Source: Bacillota bacterium (GTDB lineage: Bacteria; Bacillota; Ch66; Ch109). Taken from it: a DNA stretch of 64,000 nt. The position numbers were made by a program, and so were the translations under genes. The notes beneath the pieces are model-generated. The model saw only the letters and a list, made by a program, of their open reading frames with translations, ran no database searches and had not been told where the DNA came from. Every line of letters begins with the position of its first letter. Within the stretch, counting starts at the first letter, position 1. This document shows positions 18,505 to 29,278 of the stretch, piece after piece. Where the stretch lies: positions 256,001-320,000 of the forward strand of contig JBMNLH010000004.1 of assembly GCA_050952625.1 (NCBI GenBank). Reading direction: 5' to 3'.

Positions 18505-19971
18505 GTGAAGTTTAAAGATACCCCGCTGATTCAAGCTTTATTGCGTTATCAAGGCGAAAATTATCGGCCTTTGCATATGCCAGGCCATAAACAAGGGAAC
18601 AGTCAACCAGATTGGTTTAAAGAACTACTCGGACCCCAAGTGTTCAAGTTTGATCTTACGGAACTGCCCGGACTGGATGATTTGCATAACCCGGTGGGTG
18701 TGATTAGCGAAGCACAGCAAGCGGCGGCGCGATGTTTCGGGGCAGAAGAAAGTTTTTTCTTGGTTAATGGCTCAACCGTCGGATTACAAGCTATGATAAT
18801 GGCTGCCGCCAGGACAGAGGCGGAGTTGCTGATCCCGCGCCAAGCACACCGGTCGGTTTTGGGGGGATTGATCCTGGCCGGGGTTCGACCGCGCTATTTG
18901 CCAGTCGAAATCGAAAAGGATTTTCAGATTCCGTTAGGAACCCCCAACGGAGCGGTAGAAAAAGTTTTGCGTGAAGTCCAGCAAGTAAATGGCCTGCTGA
19001 TCGTCCATCCTAATTATTACGGAATAACCAGTGACCTGGGTGGTTTAGTAAGGGTGGCCAAGTCCAGCGGGCTGATTTGTCTGGCGGATGAGGCGCACGG
19101 GCCCCACTTTCGGTTTCATGAACAATTGCCGATAACTGCCTTGGAAGCTGGGGTTGATGCCACGACCCAGAGCCTGCATAAAGTGCTGTCATCTTTAACG
19201 CAGACAGCCTTGTTGCATCGGCAGGGCCAGCGATTGCCGGCAGAACGTTTGAAAAAGGCCTTGAACCTCCTTCAATCAACCAGTCCTTCTTATATCTTAA
19301 TGGCTTCTTTGGAGGCGGCCTGTTGGCAAATGGAAAATGAAGGCCGTGAGTTGCTGGAGCGAACCCTGGAACTGGCGGCCGAAGCGCGGCAGCAGATCAA
19401 CCAGATTCAGGGTTTACGCTGCCTTGGCGAGGAAGTTAAAAAGTATCATTCAGTAAGTGAATGGGATCAAACCAAGCTGATTATAAACGTGCATGGGTTA
19501 GGGCTGACCGGTGTCCAGGCCGCGCACATTCTAAGAGAAGATTACGGTATTCAGGTAGAAATGGCTGATTCGGCTAATATCCTGGCCATGGTTACGATTG
19601 GTGACCGGCCGGAGGCGGTCCAGGATTTGGTAAGAGCCTGCCGGGAGCTGGCAGTCCGCTGGTATGGCCAATTAGGCTGGCCTAAACAAACGAAGCCAGC
19701 GTTATATTTAGACACTGACCCGGAAGTGGTGCTAACCCCACGGGAAGCCTTTTTCTGGAGCCAGAGAAGGACCCTTCGTCTCCGCGAAGCAGAGGGAGAG
19801 ATTGCTGGGGAGACAATTTGCCCTTATCCACCGGGTATCCCGTTGCTGGCCCCCGGGGAAAGGATAACTCGGCCAGTAATTGAGACGATCGAGGAATGGC
19901 GGACAATGGGGATAACCTGGCAGGGGCCGACGGACCCGACTCTGACGACTATTCAGGTGTTGGAGGTTTAA
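18505..19971 (+). CDS. yaaO: PLP-dependent Orn/Lys/Arg decarboxylase (YaaO-like)
   Basis: LHMPGHKQG, FLVNGST, DEAHG, QSLHK, STSPSY, PYPPGIP. Confidence 0.9.
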   Translation: MKFKDTPLIQALLRYQGENYRPLHMPGHKQGNSQPDWFKELLGPQVFKFDLTELPGLDDLHNPVGVISEAQQAAARCFGAEESFFLVNGSTVGLQAMIMAAARTEAELLIPRQAHRSVLGGLILAGVRPRYLPVEIEKDFQIPLGTPNGAVEKVLREVQQVNGLLIVHPNYYGITSDLGGLVRVAKSSGLICLADEAHGPHFRFHEQLPITALEAGVDATTQSLHKVLSSLTQTALLHRQGQRLPAERLKKALNLLQSTSPSYILMASLEAACWQMENEGRELLERTLELAAEARQQINQIQGLRCLGEEVKKYHSVSEWDQTKLIINVHGLGLTGVQAAHILREDYGIQVEMADSANILAMVTIGDRPEAVQDLVRACRELAVRWYGQLGWPKQTKPALYLDTDPEVVLTPREAFFWSQRRTLRLREAEGEIAGETICPYPPGIPLLAPGERITRPVIETIEEWRTMGITWQGPTDPTLTTIQVLEV

Positions 19972-20005
19972 ACGGGGTCGATAAACAGAATCGAGGTTAG
20001 TTAAT

Positions 20006-20704
20006 TTGGGATCATTGAACAGACATCAGAAGCAAAGCCAACTTCGAGGGTTGTTGATTAGCATCGAAGGAATTGACGGAGCCGGTAAGTCAACTATTGC
20101 TGGCCAGTTAGAACGTAAGTTTATTGCTGAGGGTTATCCGGTGCAACTGGTAAGAGAACCGGGCGGGACAATTATCTCAGAAAGAATTCGTGAGTTGTTG
20201 CTGGATCCCGGAAATCAGCAGATTGCGGCCAAGACCGAGGCTTTACTGTACGCTGCAGCCCGGGCTCAGCTGGTCGCGGAGGTGATTCAGCCAAACCTTG
20301 AGGCTGGCCAGTTGGTGATCTGTGACCGCTATACAGACTCGACCCTGGCTTATCAGGGAGGGGGCCGAGGAATTGACCTGGAGTGGCTGCGGGATCTAAA
20401 CCGTTTAGCCACCGGGGGTGTGCAGCCGGAAGTAACCCTGTTGTTAGACTTGGATCCTCAAATTGGTCGAAATAGGAGATCGACCCGGCAAGGGTCGGGG
20501 AGACCGGGGGAAGACCGTTTGGAAGCCGAGTCAGAGGCTTTTTACCATAGGGTCCGGGAAACCTATCTTCAGGTGGCGAGGGAAGAGCCGCAACGGCTGC
20601 GGGTAGTGGATGCCAGTAAACCTTTGCCTGAGGTCGTTGAAGAGGCTTGGGAGATACTTGCTCAATCTTTGAATAGAAAAACCAATTGCGCTGTGTTAAC
20701 GTAA
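20006..20704 (+). CDS. tmk: Thymidylate kinase
   Basis: IEGIDGAGKST, REPGG, CDRYTDSTLAYQG. Confidence 0.95.
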   Translation: MGSLNRHQKQSQLRGLLISIEGIDGAGKSTIAGQLERKFIAEGYPVQLVREPGGTIISERIRELLLDPGNQQIAAKTEALLYAAARAQLVAEVIQPNLEAGQLVICDRYTDSTLAYQGGGRGIDLEWLRDLNRLATGGVQPEVTLLLDLDPQIGRNRRSTRQGSGRPGEDRLEAESEAFYHRVRETYLQVAREEPQRLRVVDASKPLPEVVEEAWEILAQSLNRKTNCAVLT

Positions 20705-20966
20705 GTCAGCGATTGGCGGTTTACATTATTTTTTCGTTCCCAGTCTAGCTTGCTGACCGGGTTAAAACACGAGCGTCAAAAACTATAAAAACCAAACGCG
20801 CCGTGTTTTAACGTAGGTCAGCGATTAGCGATTTACATCAGGGAACAGAGGCGGCTGAGGAACAGCAGGCATCACTGTTTGAGCCTGAAGGGCGAGTTTG
20901 ATGCCGGCCCGAAGCCGACGAAGTTCGTTCCCAGTCTAGCTTGCTGACCGAGTTAAAACACGAGCG
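20690..20966 (-). repeat. R3 full copy (20797-20966) plus internally deleted copy (20690-20776)
   Basis: Reverse-complement match to 16081-16247; TTCGTTCCCAGTCTAGCTTGCTGACCG repeated at 20732 and 20924. Confidence 0.8.
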
Positions 20967-21007
20967 TAACTTAACCGGCCGGAAGAACCGTCCCTAAGGA
21001 GGTAGCT

Positions 21008-21988
21008 ATGCCCTGGGCAGATATTATTGGGCAGCCGATCGCTGTTCGTCAGTTGCAGAACGCGCTTAAGCAAAACCGGGTCGGACATGCCTACCTATTT
21101 TTTGGTCCTCCCGGGGTAGGGAAACGAACTGCCGCCCGGGTTTTGGCTCAGGCCCTGAACTGCCAACAAGGAGTTGCTGGAGACGCTTGCGGAGAATGCC
21201 GCTCTTGCCGAAACATCCTGACCGGCAACCATCCTGACGTGTGGGAAGTGCCTCTGACTGGAGCCCACATCCGGATTAGCCAGACCCGCGAGGTAACTCG
21301 ACAAGCCCAGTTTCCGCCAACAGAGGGTTGTTGGAAGGTGTTTTTAATTCATCATGCGGAAACAATGACCCCAGAAGCAGCCAACAACCTCTTAAAAACG
21401 CTGGAAGAGCCGCCGGGACAGACTCTCTTTGTTTTGACGACACCATCCGTCTTCAACTTATTACCGACAATTCAATCACGTTGTCAGCAGGTTAGATTTC
21501 AACCCTTGGCGGTCCGAGATATTGCGGAGTATTTAGTCCGGCAAAATTTGGCCCAACCGGCACAGGCGGGACTGATTGCCAACTTGGCTGAGGGCAGTTT
21601 ATCAACTGCTCAAGAATTGTTAACCATGGAGAGAGGGGCGGTTAGAGAAGAGGTTATTGACTTGCTGACCAAACTCAAAACTGCCGCCGGTCCGCAAGTT
21701 TTATTTCTGACCGAGGGTTGGACAGAAGGACCTCGGCTTAAGATATTATTATCATGGTTAGCCCTTTGGTTTCGCGACTTCCTGGTTTGGCAGAATACTG
21801 GTGATGTCAAATTGTTAATCAACCAGGACCGCCTGGAGCTGATTAAGGAACAGACTCAAATATGGCCGCGGCCGGAGCGGTTTTTACGCATAATTCAGGA
21901 AGCTAAACGTAAAATGGAACGAAATGCGAATAACCAGCTACTCCTGGAGGTACTGTTATTAGAGCTTACTTCAATGAGGGGGACATAG
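21008..21988 (+). CDS. holB: DNA polymerase III subunit delta'
   Basis: HAYLFFGPPGVGK, zinc cysteines, HPD, AANNLLKTLEEPP, TIQSRC. Confidence 0.93.
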   Translation: MPWADIIGQPIAVRQLQNALKQNRVGHAYLFFGPPGVGKRTAARVLAQALNCQQGVAGDACGECRSCRNILTGNHPDVWEVPLTGAHIRISQTREVTRQAQFPPTEGCWKVFLIHHAETMTPEAANNLLKTLEEPPGQTLFVLTTPSVFNLLPTIQSRCQQVRFQPLAVRDIAEYLVRQNLAQPAQAGLIANLAEGSLSTAQELLTMERGAVREEVIDLLTKLKTAAGPQVLFLTEGWTEGPRLKILLSWLALWFRDFLVWQNTGDVKLLINQDRLELIKEQTQIWPRPERFLRIIQEAKRKMERNANNQLLLEVLLLELTSMRGT

Positions 21989-21989
21989 A

Positions 21990-23642
21990 GTGGCAATCGT
22001 AGTAGGGGTCCGTTTTAAACGGGCTGGTAAGATATATTACTTTGACCCGGGAGGATTTGCCTTAAAAGTAGCGGATAGAGTAATTGTGGAAACCGCTCGG
22101 GGGGTAGAATTTGGCGAAGTGGTTATTGCTCCTCGCGATGTCGCAGAGGACGACCTTGTATTACCGTTGAAAACCGTTATACGATTAGGGACCGAGGAGG
22201 ATATTAAACGGGTAGAGGATAATCTGGTTAAACAAAAAGAGGCTTTTGAGATCTGTAGCCAGAAGATTCGGGAACACGGACTGCCGATGAAATTAATTGA
22301 CGTCGAGTATACCTTTGATAACAGTAAGATCATTTTCTATTTTACCGCAGAGGGTCGGGTCGATTTCCGGGAACTGGTCAAGAATTTAGCGGCTATTTTT
22401 CGGACGAGAATCGAACTGCGGCAGATCGGGGTGCGCGATGAAGCGAAAATGGTCGGCGGTATCGGCAGCTGCGGTCGGGTGCTGTGCTGTCATTCCTTTT
22501 TGGGGGATTTTGAACCCGTATCGATTCGCATGGCCAAGGATCAAAATTTATCCCTTAACCCCACGAAGATCTCCGGCATTTGTGGGAGGCTGATGTGCTG
22601 TCTTAAATATGAAACGGATACCTATGAGAATCAAAAAGAAATGCTGGATAGCCAGTCCGAAGCTGATAATCTTTGTGAAGACTGCTGCTGCCAATTAAAT
22701 AATGGTGAAAATATAGTTGTGCTAGCCAATCAGGCTGAAGATAATATCTTAAATTCTGAGGGACACTGGCTGGCTGCCCCTGAGCCAGCGATTAACGACA
22801 ATAACCGGACCAATAGCCAGGCCGAAACGGATAACGATGAAAATCAACCAACAGAACTCGCAAATCAAGCCAATCAACAAGAATCCAGCCGAGAAAAAGA
22901 CCGGGACACAATTAATCAGCCGGATACCCTGAATCAGACCGAGAGGGAAAGTTGCCCCGCAGCAGAGAATAAACCTCAGGAGACGGAAGGAGCATTGACC
23001 GGCCAAAATCGGCGGGATAATCGACCAAGGGGTAATGGCGGCTATGCCAAAGAAGGTTTTTCGCACCGGCTGAGCCTTGGCCGAAACAAAGAAAACGAAG
23101 CAAATCCCAATAAAGGAGTAATTGAGCAGAAGCGTCGGTCTAACGGACGGTCTCAGCTTGAGGCCCAGCACAAGGAGAATGGCTCATCTCCAGCCAATGG
23201 CCAGGCTAAGGGGAATGGTCGGTATCGGGGAAATGGGCAGCCCCACCGGCATGAGCCAGCCCGAAGTAATGGTCAGCGCAAAGCAAATGGCAACCCCAGA
23301 GCAGTTTCAGCCACTGAGGCAGTGACTGTTCTGCCCGGCCCAGCGGCAACAGCCGAGAGCCGGCCTAATATCAAGAAAAATTCGGTCAATAACCGCGGTC
23401 ACCATCAAAATGCCGGCAAACCAACTTTTATCGGCCGGCGGGGAGATTCTCGAAACAGGCCGGGTCAACCCAAAAAGGCTCCGGAGGCTAGTGGTAACGA
23501 CAGCCCGGAACCAGCCAAAGTGGCTCAGGCCGCTTCGAATAAAGCCAGAAACACAAATTCTCAGCCAGCGGGAGGTCGAAGTCTTGCGCATATCCCGGGT
23601 GATCATAGAGATAGAGGACAAGCTGGCCGATCTGAGGGATGA
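21990..23642 (+). CDS. yaaT: YaaT/RicT (PSP1 domain) protein with long low-complexity C-terminal extension
   Basis: [44 protein letters not shown]. Confidence 0.9.
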   Translation: MAIVVGVRFKRAGKIYYFDPGGFALKVADRVIVETARGVEFGEVVIAPRDVAEDDLVLPLKTVIRLGTEEDIKRVEDNLVKQKEAFEICSQKIREHGLPMKLIDVEYTFDNSKIIFYFTAEGRVDFRELVKNLAAIFRTRIELRQIGVRDEAKMVGGIGSCGRVLCCHSFLGDFEPVSIRMAKDQNLSLNPTKISGICGRLMCCLKYETDTYENQKEMLDSQSEADNLCEDCCCQLNNGENIVVLANQAEDNILNSEGHWLAAPEPAINDNNRTNSQAETDNDENQPTELANQANQQESSREKDRDTINQPDTLNQTERESCPAAENKPQETEGALTGQNRRDNRPRGNGGYAKEGFSHRLSLGRNKENEANPNKGVIEQKRRSNGRSQLEAQHKENGSSPANGQAKGNGRYRGNGQPHRHEPARSNGQRKANGNPRAVSATEAVTVLPGPAATAESRPNIKKNSVNNRGHHQNAGKPTFIGRRGDSRNRPGQPKKAPEASGNDSPEPAKVAQAASNKARNTNSQPAGGRSLAHIPGDHRDRGQAGRSEG

Positions 23643-23904
23643 GTTGGAAATGGTGAAGGACCTGGTCCGTTCTCTGGAAGAAGAAAACCAAAAACTGCGG
23701 CGGGAGCTTTATGCAGGTTCTTCTCAGGCATTACCAGAACCCGCAGCCCAGACAATAAGCAGCCCTGGGGGAGTTCATCAGAACCTGCAGCGACTTTACC
23801 AGGAAGGTTTCCACATTTGTCCTTACAGCTTTGGCCGGGGACGGACGGAAAATTGTCTTTTTTGTCTTGGATTCTTGAGGTCTGGCCAAAATGAACCCGA
23901 ATAA
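23584..23904 (+). CDS. yabA: Replication initiation control protein YabA (DUF972)
   Basis: Coiled coil [24 protein letters not shown]...CLFC; TTG 23584 follows GGAGG. Confidence 0.85.
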   Translation: MRISRVIIEIEDKLADLRDELEMVKDLVRSLEEENQKLRRELYAGSSQALPEPAAQTISSPGGVHQNLQRLYQEGFHICPYSFGRGRTENCLFCLGFLRSGQNEPE

Positions 23905-24718
23905 AAAGTTGGGTAATCAGCGACTGGAAATCGGTATTCGATTAAAACCGGAAGAGTACCTGGTCGATTTAATCCGAGGTGGCCTTAAATTGATCGAGAG
24001 CCGGTCCGGATACCACTTCACGATGGACGCGGTTTTGCTGGCTCATTTCGTGACGGTTAAATCGGGCGATAGAGTAGCTGATTTAGGATCTGGCAGTGGG
24101 ATTATCCCTCTCTTGCTCAATACCCGGCTACCCGATTTAAGTATTTGGGGGATCGAAATCCAAGAGAATTTGCTTGACCGGGCCCGACGCAGTGTTGCCA
24201 TCAATGGTTTACAGCAGCAGATCGACCTCCAACACGGCGACTTACGGGAAATACCAGCCAAAATACCTGCTGCGGATTTCGAGGTCGTAGTGAGTAATCC
24301 TCCCTACCGGCCGCTTAGACGAGGCCGATCAAGTCCCTGTCAGGAGGTGGCTTGGGCGCGAGAGGAAGTCAGCAGTACTCTTGGTGAGGTAATCAACTCC
24401 GGCTACTGGCTTTTAAGGACCGGCGGCCGGCTAGCCTTGGTTCACCTCTGGGAACGCCGGCAGGAGGTGGTAGACCTTTTACTAAGGTACGGTATGCGGC
24501 CGGTTCGCTATCGAGAGGTTCGGCATAATCAACAGCTTGCTCCCAGCCGATTTTTGGTGGAGGCCATTAAAATGAGAACTGCTTCGATGGTCGATTTTCC
24601 TGGAGCCGGGGAGTTGGACCCAGAGCGAGCGATCGAGTTGGCGAGGATGGAGCCGCTGGTGATTTACGAGATGACCGGAGAATTTACTTCAGAAGTAAAG
24701 GCGATGTATTATGGCTAG
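23891..24718 (+). CDS. yabB: tRNA1(Val) A37 N6-methyltransferase-like (YabB)
   Basis: [20 protein letters not shown]. Confidence 0.85.
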   Translation: MNPNKKLGNQRLEIGIRLKPEEYLVDLIRGGLKLIESRSGYHFTMDAVLLAHFVTVKSGDRVADLGSGSGIIPLLLNTRLPDLSIWGIEIQENLLDRARRSVAINGLQQQIDLQHGDLREIPAKIPAADFEVVVSNPPYRPLRRGRSSPCQEVAWAREEVSSTLGEVINSGYWLLRTGGRLALVHLWERRQEVVDLLLRYGMRPVRYREVRHNQQLAPSRFLVEAIKMRTASMVDFPGAGELDPERAIELARMEPLVIYEMTGEFTSEVKAMYYG

Positions 24719-25746
24719 ATACAAATTATCCTGCCGGCGCCGGGTAAATAAAGAGCGGCATGATCACCCAGAATCACCAAACCAATTGAATTGGGATATG
24801 GATATAGCTGAATCTAGGCTGAAAAACGATCAAACTGTTTTAGCCGGGCAGACGGGTACCCTGTATCTCTGCGCCACCCCCATTGGCAACCTGGAGGATA
24901 TTACCCTGCGGGTCTTAAGGGTCTTAAAAGAAGTTGATCTGGTGGCGGCAGAGGATACCCGGCGAACTCAGGGGCCTGTTAAATCATTATGGGATAAACA
25001 AACCCTTGACCAGTTATTATCTACATAATCAAAAACAGAAGGGGCTGTATTTGGTTAATCGTTTGCGAGAGGGAAAGAATGTCGCTTTGATCTCTGATGC
25101 CGGTACCCCGGGCATCTCCGACCCCGGCGAAGAACTTGTTCAGCAAGCTTTAGCCGCCGGCATTCCAGTGGTGGCCCTACCGGGTCCGTCCGTGGTGCTT
25201 ACCGCGCTCAGTATCTCGGGCTTGGCCACCCGACGTTTCTGTTTCGAGGGGTTTTTGCCCCGTTCGCGCCGGCAGCGGCGCCAACGAATTCAGGAACTAG
25301 CTGAGGACTCTCGGACGATTATTCTTTTCGAGGCCCCGCATCGTCTGATTGAGACGCTGACTTGGTTGCTGGAAATCTGGGGACCAAGAAAAGCCGCGGT
25401 GGCCCGGGAGGTTAGCAAGCTTTTCGAGGAGGTTATCCGCGGTACCCTGGCGGAAATCCTTAGCCATTTTAAAAGTAATCCGCCACGGGGAGAGATGACA
25501 TTAGTAATTGAAGGTTATGTTGATCAAACCGCAATGTCGGCGGAGCCTGCTAAACCGTTGCCGGAGAGGATTCCACCGGTTTCTGCACCCCCAACTGAGA
25601 TGATGGCGACTCTAATGCAAGAAATTGGTATCCGTGCCGAGGCCGGGGAAAATCCCAAGGAGGTTATCCGGGAGATCGCCCGTAATAGAAAACTGAATCG
25701 GCGCGACTTATATCAGACCTGGCTAAGTTATCAGCAGTTGGATTAG
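24711..25746 (+). pseudogene. rsmI: 16S rRNA C1402 2'-O-methyltransferase RsmI, frameshifted near 24970 (possibly sequencing error)
   Basis: [15 protein letters not shown]...AAEDTRRT in one frame, GLLNHYGI...SDAGTPGISDPG in the next; one extra base around a G4 run. Confidence 0.85.
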
Positions 25747-25818
25747 AAAGGCTGTAGATTAGAACCGGTATTCGGCATGTCAAAAAACAGGCACTACCTA
25801 TAAGCGGTTTTTCGAGGA

Positions 25819-25926
25819 GAATCAAAAGCCCCCACTTCTATAAGCGGGGGTTACCTTGTTGAAACTTCAGGTGGAGTAGAGTCTCCATCTGAAGCCTCGA
25901 TGTTCAGCGAAGCTGAACGAGTTCAC
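25819..25926 (+). repeat. Repeat family R1 copy
   Basis: GAATCAAAAGCCCCCACTTCTATAAG...CTTCAGGTGGAGTAGAGTCTCCATCTGAAG...GAGTTCAC. Confidence 0.78.
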
Positions 25927-25980
25927 TAACCGTTATACATCAAGAAAGCAATAAGAAAGCAATCATCTATGGGAATTATG

Positions 25981-26138
25981 GAAATAGCGGGATATATGTC
26001 ACCTTGAGCGATAGCGAAGGATCTTACTCCTCAGCGGGGGAAGGATTCTTCGCTTCGCTCAGAATGACACCATATTAAATTAAAACTATTGTCTTATTTA
26101 CCGCCCATGCCCATTAAGCGCAACCACGGATGAAAATA
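25981..26138 (+). repeat. Repeat family R2 copy
   Basis: TGTCACCTTGAGCGATAGCGAAGGATC...GATTCTTCGCTTCGCTCAGAATGACA; CAACCACGGATGAAAA module matches 62338-62378 reverse complement. Confidence 0.72.
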
Positions 26139-26195
26139 ACACAAACGATAAGAAGCGTATTAGTTACTTGATTAGTATTAATGCAGCCCTTTGAC

Positions 26196-26444
26196 CTAAA
26201 CCGCTTGCTGGCTCATTTCCTGGGCGCATTGCCGACAGACGTTTTTTCCCCGAAAATGTCCAACATCATCGGCGTTGCCACAAAAAACGCAGGCCGGTTC
26301 GTATTTTTTAAGGATGATTTTTTCATTATCAACGTAGATCTCTAAAGCGTCTTTTTCTTCAATACCTAAGGTTCGTCTGAGTTCGATCGGAATGACTATT
26401 CTCCCTAGTTCGTCAACCTTCCGCACAATACCGGTAGATTTCAT
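26196..26444 (-). CDS. abrB: Transition-state regulator AbrB
   Basis: MKSTGIVRKVDELGRIVIPIELRRTLGI, C-terminal CxFC/CxxC. Confidence 0.95.
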   Translation of the reverse strand: MKSTGIVRKVDELGRIVIPIELRRTLGIEEKDALEIYVDNEKIILKKYEPACVFCGNADDVGHFRGKNVCRQCAQEMSQQAV

Positions 26445-26601
26445 TCTTCCCGTTTCCTCCTTTTGAATGCTGGCTCAATTTTGTAAATGGCCTAATAAAT
26501 GCCTCTGTGTAAATGGTACCAATGGTTCCAGAAATAGTCAAGATATTTTTCTACAGATTACGACAGAAAACTGGAAGTATTTTTCACAATGTCCTATTTA
26601 G

Positions 26602-26710
26602 CTGAATCAAAAGACTCTCGCTTCTATCAGTGGGAGTTACCTTGTTGATACTTCTAGTGGAGTAGAGTCTCCATCCAAAGCCTCGATGTTCAGGAAACTG
26701 GACAGTTCAC
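26602..26710 (+). repeat. Repeat family R1 copy
   Basis: Aligns with 25819-25926 along its length. Confidence 0.72.
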
Positions 26711-26789
26711 TGAGTTCACTCGATGGGTACTTGCATTTAACGCGAATGATGTGTAAACTATAACAATCAATAGAAAAAATGGATAGTGC

Positions 26790-27078
26790 ATCAGCGATGA
26801 AAGAAAGGTAGGCCAGTTAGTACCGGTCCAGAGAACGGGGGCAGGTGGAAACCCGTCCGGTAGGTGGCTGAATATGGCTCTGGAGCTGCTTGGCTGAAGA
26901 CGTGATCAATCGGATAATTATCTTTGATGCGGGAAGTAGGCCAAGCCGGTGGGCGGACCGTTATTCCGCTGCAGTCAAGGCAGACTGATAGAGGTTTTGA
27001 CCGTGAGGTTAAGACAAAACAGGGTGGTACCGCGAGAGACTTCTCGCCCCTGCCAAGGGGTAAGAGGTCTTTTTATTT
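26790..27078 (+). promoter_or_regulatory. T-box riboswitch (Met) leader of metG
   Basis: AGAGA and GGTGGAA stem I motifs, T-box AGGGTGGTACCGCG at 27021-27034, overlapping terminator with T tract, candidate ATG specifier in GAATATGGC. Confidence 0.88.
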
Positions 27079-27090
27079 TGGATTAGCAAG

Positions 27091-27146
27091 GAGTGAGAGG
27101 TAAGGAGTGAGGTGTGAGGCGTGAAGCGTGAGGCGTAAGACGTGCG
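27091..27146 (+). repeat. Degenerate heptamer tandem repeat (about 8 units, nnGTRAG)
   Basis: GAGTGAG AGGTAAG GAGTGAG GTGTGAG GCGTGAA GCGTGAG GCGTAAG ACGTGCG. Confidence 0.7.
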
Positions 27147-27256
27147 GTGTTTTATGACGTATATACACACCGATTGATAAGACAATAGTAGGGCGATGTT
27201 ATCTCTATGGTGACCCATAAAAAGGAGATAGGCTTTAAATATAAGGAGGACTGATT

Positions 27257-29278
27257 ATGCCGAAAGACAAAGGAACGTTTTACATTACAACTCCGATTTA
27301 CTATCCAAGCGATTCGCTGCATATCGGGCATGCTTATACAACCGTGGCGGCGGATGCGCTGGCCCGGTATAAGCGGATGAAAGGGTATGATGTCTTTTTC
27401 TTGACCGGTTCGGATGAACACGGGCAAAAAATTGAGCGCAAAGCTCAGGCGGCCGGGGTTGATCCTCAAAGCTACGTTGACCAGATTGTCGCTGGCTTCA
27501 AAAATCTTTGGGAGAAAATGAATATTTCACATAACGATTTTATTCGAACTACCGAGCCCAGGCACAAGCAAGTGGTGCAAGAGATATTTCAAAAAATTTA
27601 TGACCAGGGGGATATCTACAAGGCTGAGTATGAAGGGTGGTACTGTACCCCTTGTGAGACCTTCTGGACCGAACGCCAGGCAGAAGGGCAGGTCTGCCCG
27701 GATTGTGGCCGGCCGGTAGAATTGTTAAAAGAAGAAAGCTACTTTTTCCGGATGTCAAAATATCAGGATCAACTGCTGGATTATATTGAAAAACATCCGG
27801 AGTTTATTCAGCCGGTTTCCCGGCGGAATGAGATGGTTAATTTCATCAAGCAGGGATTGGAAGACCTCTGTGTTTCCCGGACTACTTTCCAGTGGGGTAT
27901 CCCAGTCACTTTTGCTCCCGGCCACGTCGTGTATGTCTGGTTTGATGCCTTAACCAATTATTTAACGGCGATTGGCTATAACTCTGATCCGGCGATGTTT
28001 AATAAATACTGGCCGGCTGATGTTCATCTGGTGGGTAAGGATATTGTGCGTTTTCATACGGTTATCTGGCCCATCATTTTAATGGCTGCCGGGCTCCCGT
28101 TGCCGGAAAAAGTCTTCGGGCATGGTTGGCTCCTCCTGGAAGGGGGCAAAATGTCCAAGTCCAAGGGCAACGTCATTGATCCGCTGGTGTTGATTGATAA
28201 ATACGGTTTAGATGCGATTCGTTACTACCTGCTCCGCGAGCTTCCGGCCGGCTTGGACGGTTACTACTCGGAAGAAGCCCTGGTGCTAAGAATTAACACT
28301 GATTTGGCGAATGACTTGGGTAATCTGGTGAGCCGGACCCTGGCCATGATTGAACGGTACTGTGCCGGGCAGATTCCAGAACCGGGTGAACTAATACCCG
28401 TAGATCAGGAAGTAGTTAAACTGGCGGAAACCGTGGTGCAGGAAACGGAGAAATTCTTAGATGAAGTAGAACTGGCCAGTGCTTTAGCAACTATCTGGAA
28501 ACTGGTCGGTCGCTGCAATAAATATATTGATGAAATGGCCCCTTGGGCTTTGGCCCGGGATGCGGCCAATCGAAGCCGGCTGAATACGGTCCTGTACGTG
28601 ATGGCGGAGAGTTTGCGGCAGGTCACGATCCTCTGTACTCCCTTTATGCCTCAGCTGCCAGACCGAGTCTGGGTTCAACTGGGGATCGAAGGTCAAGGAG
28701 AAATCCAGACTTGGGATAGCCTGCACTGGGGCCGGCTCCAACCCGGAACTCAGGTCAAGAGAGGGGCAGCTCTGTTCCCGCGGATTGAGTTTAAGGATGA
28801 GGCCGGGGACGGTTCCGCTTTAGCCGCTGAAAAAGCGGTCAAAAAAGGGAAGAAGGGCGACACCAGTCAAGCCGTTAGAGAGGAGCTGCCGAAAGTGGAC
28901 AATAAGCCGGAAAAACAAGAGCCGGTGGCGTCAACCGAAAAAGAGGAAGCTAAGCCGCGGATAAAGTATGACGACTTTGCTAAACTTGATCTGCGGGTAG
29001 CTCGGGTAATTGAAGCGAAAAAGGTGGAAAAGGCGGATAAACTCCTGCAGCTGAGAGTAGATCTCGGACAGGAGCAGCGGACCATTGTCGCCGGAGTGGC
29101 CCAGCATTACGCGCCTGAGGAATTGCTGGGGAAAAAGGTCGTCTTACTGGCTAACCTCGAACCATCCAAGATCCGGGGCATTGTCTCCGAAGGAATGCTG
29201 CTGGCCGCCTCTGATGAACAGGGTCTGGAAGTGCTGACCCTGACTAAGGAAGTGGGCCTGGGAGCCAAGGTTAAATAA
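27257..29278 (+). CDS. metG: Methionine--tRNA ligase with C-terminal tRNA-binding domain
   Basis: HIGH and KMSKS motifs, YVWFDAL, C-terminal DFAKLDLRV OB domain. Confidence 0.97.
   Translation: MPKDKGTFYITTPIYYPSDSLHIGHAYTTVAADALARYKRMKGYDVFFLTGSDEHGQKIERKAQAAGVDPQSYVDQIVAGFKNLWEKMNISHNDFIRTTEPRHKQVVQEIFQKIYDQGDIYKAEYEGWYCTPCETFWTERQAEGQVCPDCGRPVELLKEESYFFRMSKYQDQLLDYIEKHPEFIQPVSRRNEMVNFIKQGLEDLCVSRTTFQWGIPVTFAPGHVVYVWFDALTNYLTAIGYNSDPAMFNKYWPADVHLVGKDIVRFHTVIWPIILMAAGLPLPEKVFGHGWLLLEGGKMSKSKGNVIDPLVLIDKYGLDAIRYYLLRELPAGLDGYYSEEALVLRINTDLANDLGNLVSRTLAMIERYCAGQIPEPGELIPVDQEVVKLAETVVQETEKFLDEVELASALATIWKLVGRCNKYIDEMAPWALARDAANRSRLNTVLYVMAESLRQVTILCTPFMPQLPDRVWVQLGIEGQGEIQTWDSLHWGRLQPGTQVKRGAALFPRIEFKDEAGDGSALAAEKAVKKGKKGDTSQAVREELPKVDNKPEKQEPVASTEKEEAKPRIKYDDFAKLDLRVARVIEAKKVEKADKLLQLRVDLGQEQRTIVAGVAQHYAPEELLGKKVVLLANLEPSKIRGIVSEGMLLAASDEQGLEVLTLTKEVGLGAKVK

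Noticed and set aside
23410-23583. Long N-terminal extension of YabA
   Set aside because: Lies within yaaT; a TTG with GGAGG at 23584 gives a normal-length YabA
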